This document shows positions 32,667-32,853 of a stretch of 32,853 nucleotides of DNA, in pieces. A model generated the notes under the pieces. It was not told the origin of the DNA. It saw only the letters and a program-made list of their open reading frames with translations, and did no database searches. Position numbers and translations under genes: made by a program. The DNA comes from a bacterium (GTDB taxonomy: Bacteria > SZUA-182 > JAZDLJ01): positions 1-32,853 of the forward strand of contig JAZDLJ010000064.1 of NCBI GenBank assembly GCA_043802115.1, given 5' to 3'. Numbering within the stretch: the stretch's first letter is position 1; each line of letters starts with the position of its first letter.

Positions 32667-32853
32667 TTAAAAGGCATTTTTGCTAAATAAAAAGGCATTA
32701 TGAAAATTCATGACTTGTATCCAAGGCAAGTCATGTGTATTACCCTCGGCCAACATAAAAGGGCTTTTATGAGCATTTTTAGCTCCAGATAAGAATGGAA
32801 CAAAATTTCTAGTATTAGCCATAGCTTGAAATAAATGCTGAGTACATTCTTTG
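32667..32853 (-). CDS. Partial ORF running off the window edge (C-terminal 61 codons), unknown product
   Basis: My manual translation of the minus strand gives KECTQHLFQAMANTRNFVPFLSGAKNAHKSPFMLAEGNTHDLPWIQVMNFHNAFLFSKNAF-TAA. Not in the supplied ORF track, presumably because it lacks a start. Contains a 9-bp hairpin (32709-32717 / 32727-32735). Confidence 0.25.
   Translation of the reverse strand, partial: KECTQHLFQAMANTRNFVPFLSGAKNAHKSPFMLAEGNTHDLPWIQVMNFHNAFLFSKNAF

Overview
AT-rich bacterial chromosomal window (GC about one third by eye, not computed). Every convincing gene is on the minus strand, and all plus-strand ORFs in the track look like antisense shadows. Low to high coordinates:
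- aroK-aroE, joined by a 1-nt TAATG overlap.
- A small DUF5678-like gene tightly coupled to a retropepsin-like aspartic protease.
- A 264-bp MITE with a 6-bp target duplication.
- A two-component pair: a 7TM hybrid kinase with two kinase cores plus a REC domain, and a REC/HD-GYP/pseudo-REC regulator.
- A lipid-type gene set: KAS II, an acyl/thioester reductase, and a CrtI-family flavoenzyme broken at a T11 run. It is split by an insert carrying an Rpn-family nuclease.
- An accessory patch with HEPN-MNT and BrnT/antitoxin pairs, MITEs and several short gene ghosts.
- A 1471-aa Ser/Thr kinase-STAND NTPase-helical repeat-GAF protein.
- A secreted dockerin/MopE/Ig/HEXXH metallopeptidase with a HEAT-repeat partner.
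- A second, 5'-truncated STAND copy followed by two tandem copies of a ~105-aa protein; a third copy follows the Rpn gene.

No rRNA, tRNA or CRISPR array was seen. Best leads for something undescribed:
- The kinase-STAND-GAF pair, one full-length and one P-loop-less, together with the triplicated small protein.
- The DUF5678-like/retropepsin two-gene module.
- The unusually dense short-repeat and MITE activity, which supplies stop codons, disrupts genes and leaves 35-60 nt ghosts of neighbouring genes.

All family assignments rest on motifs read by eye. No database search was run.
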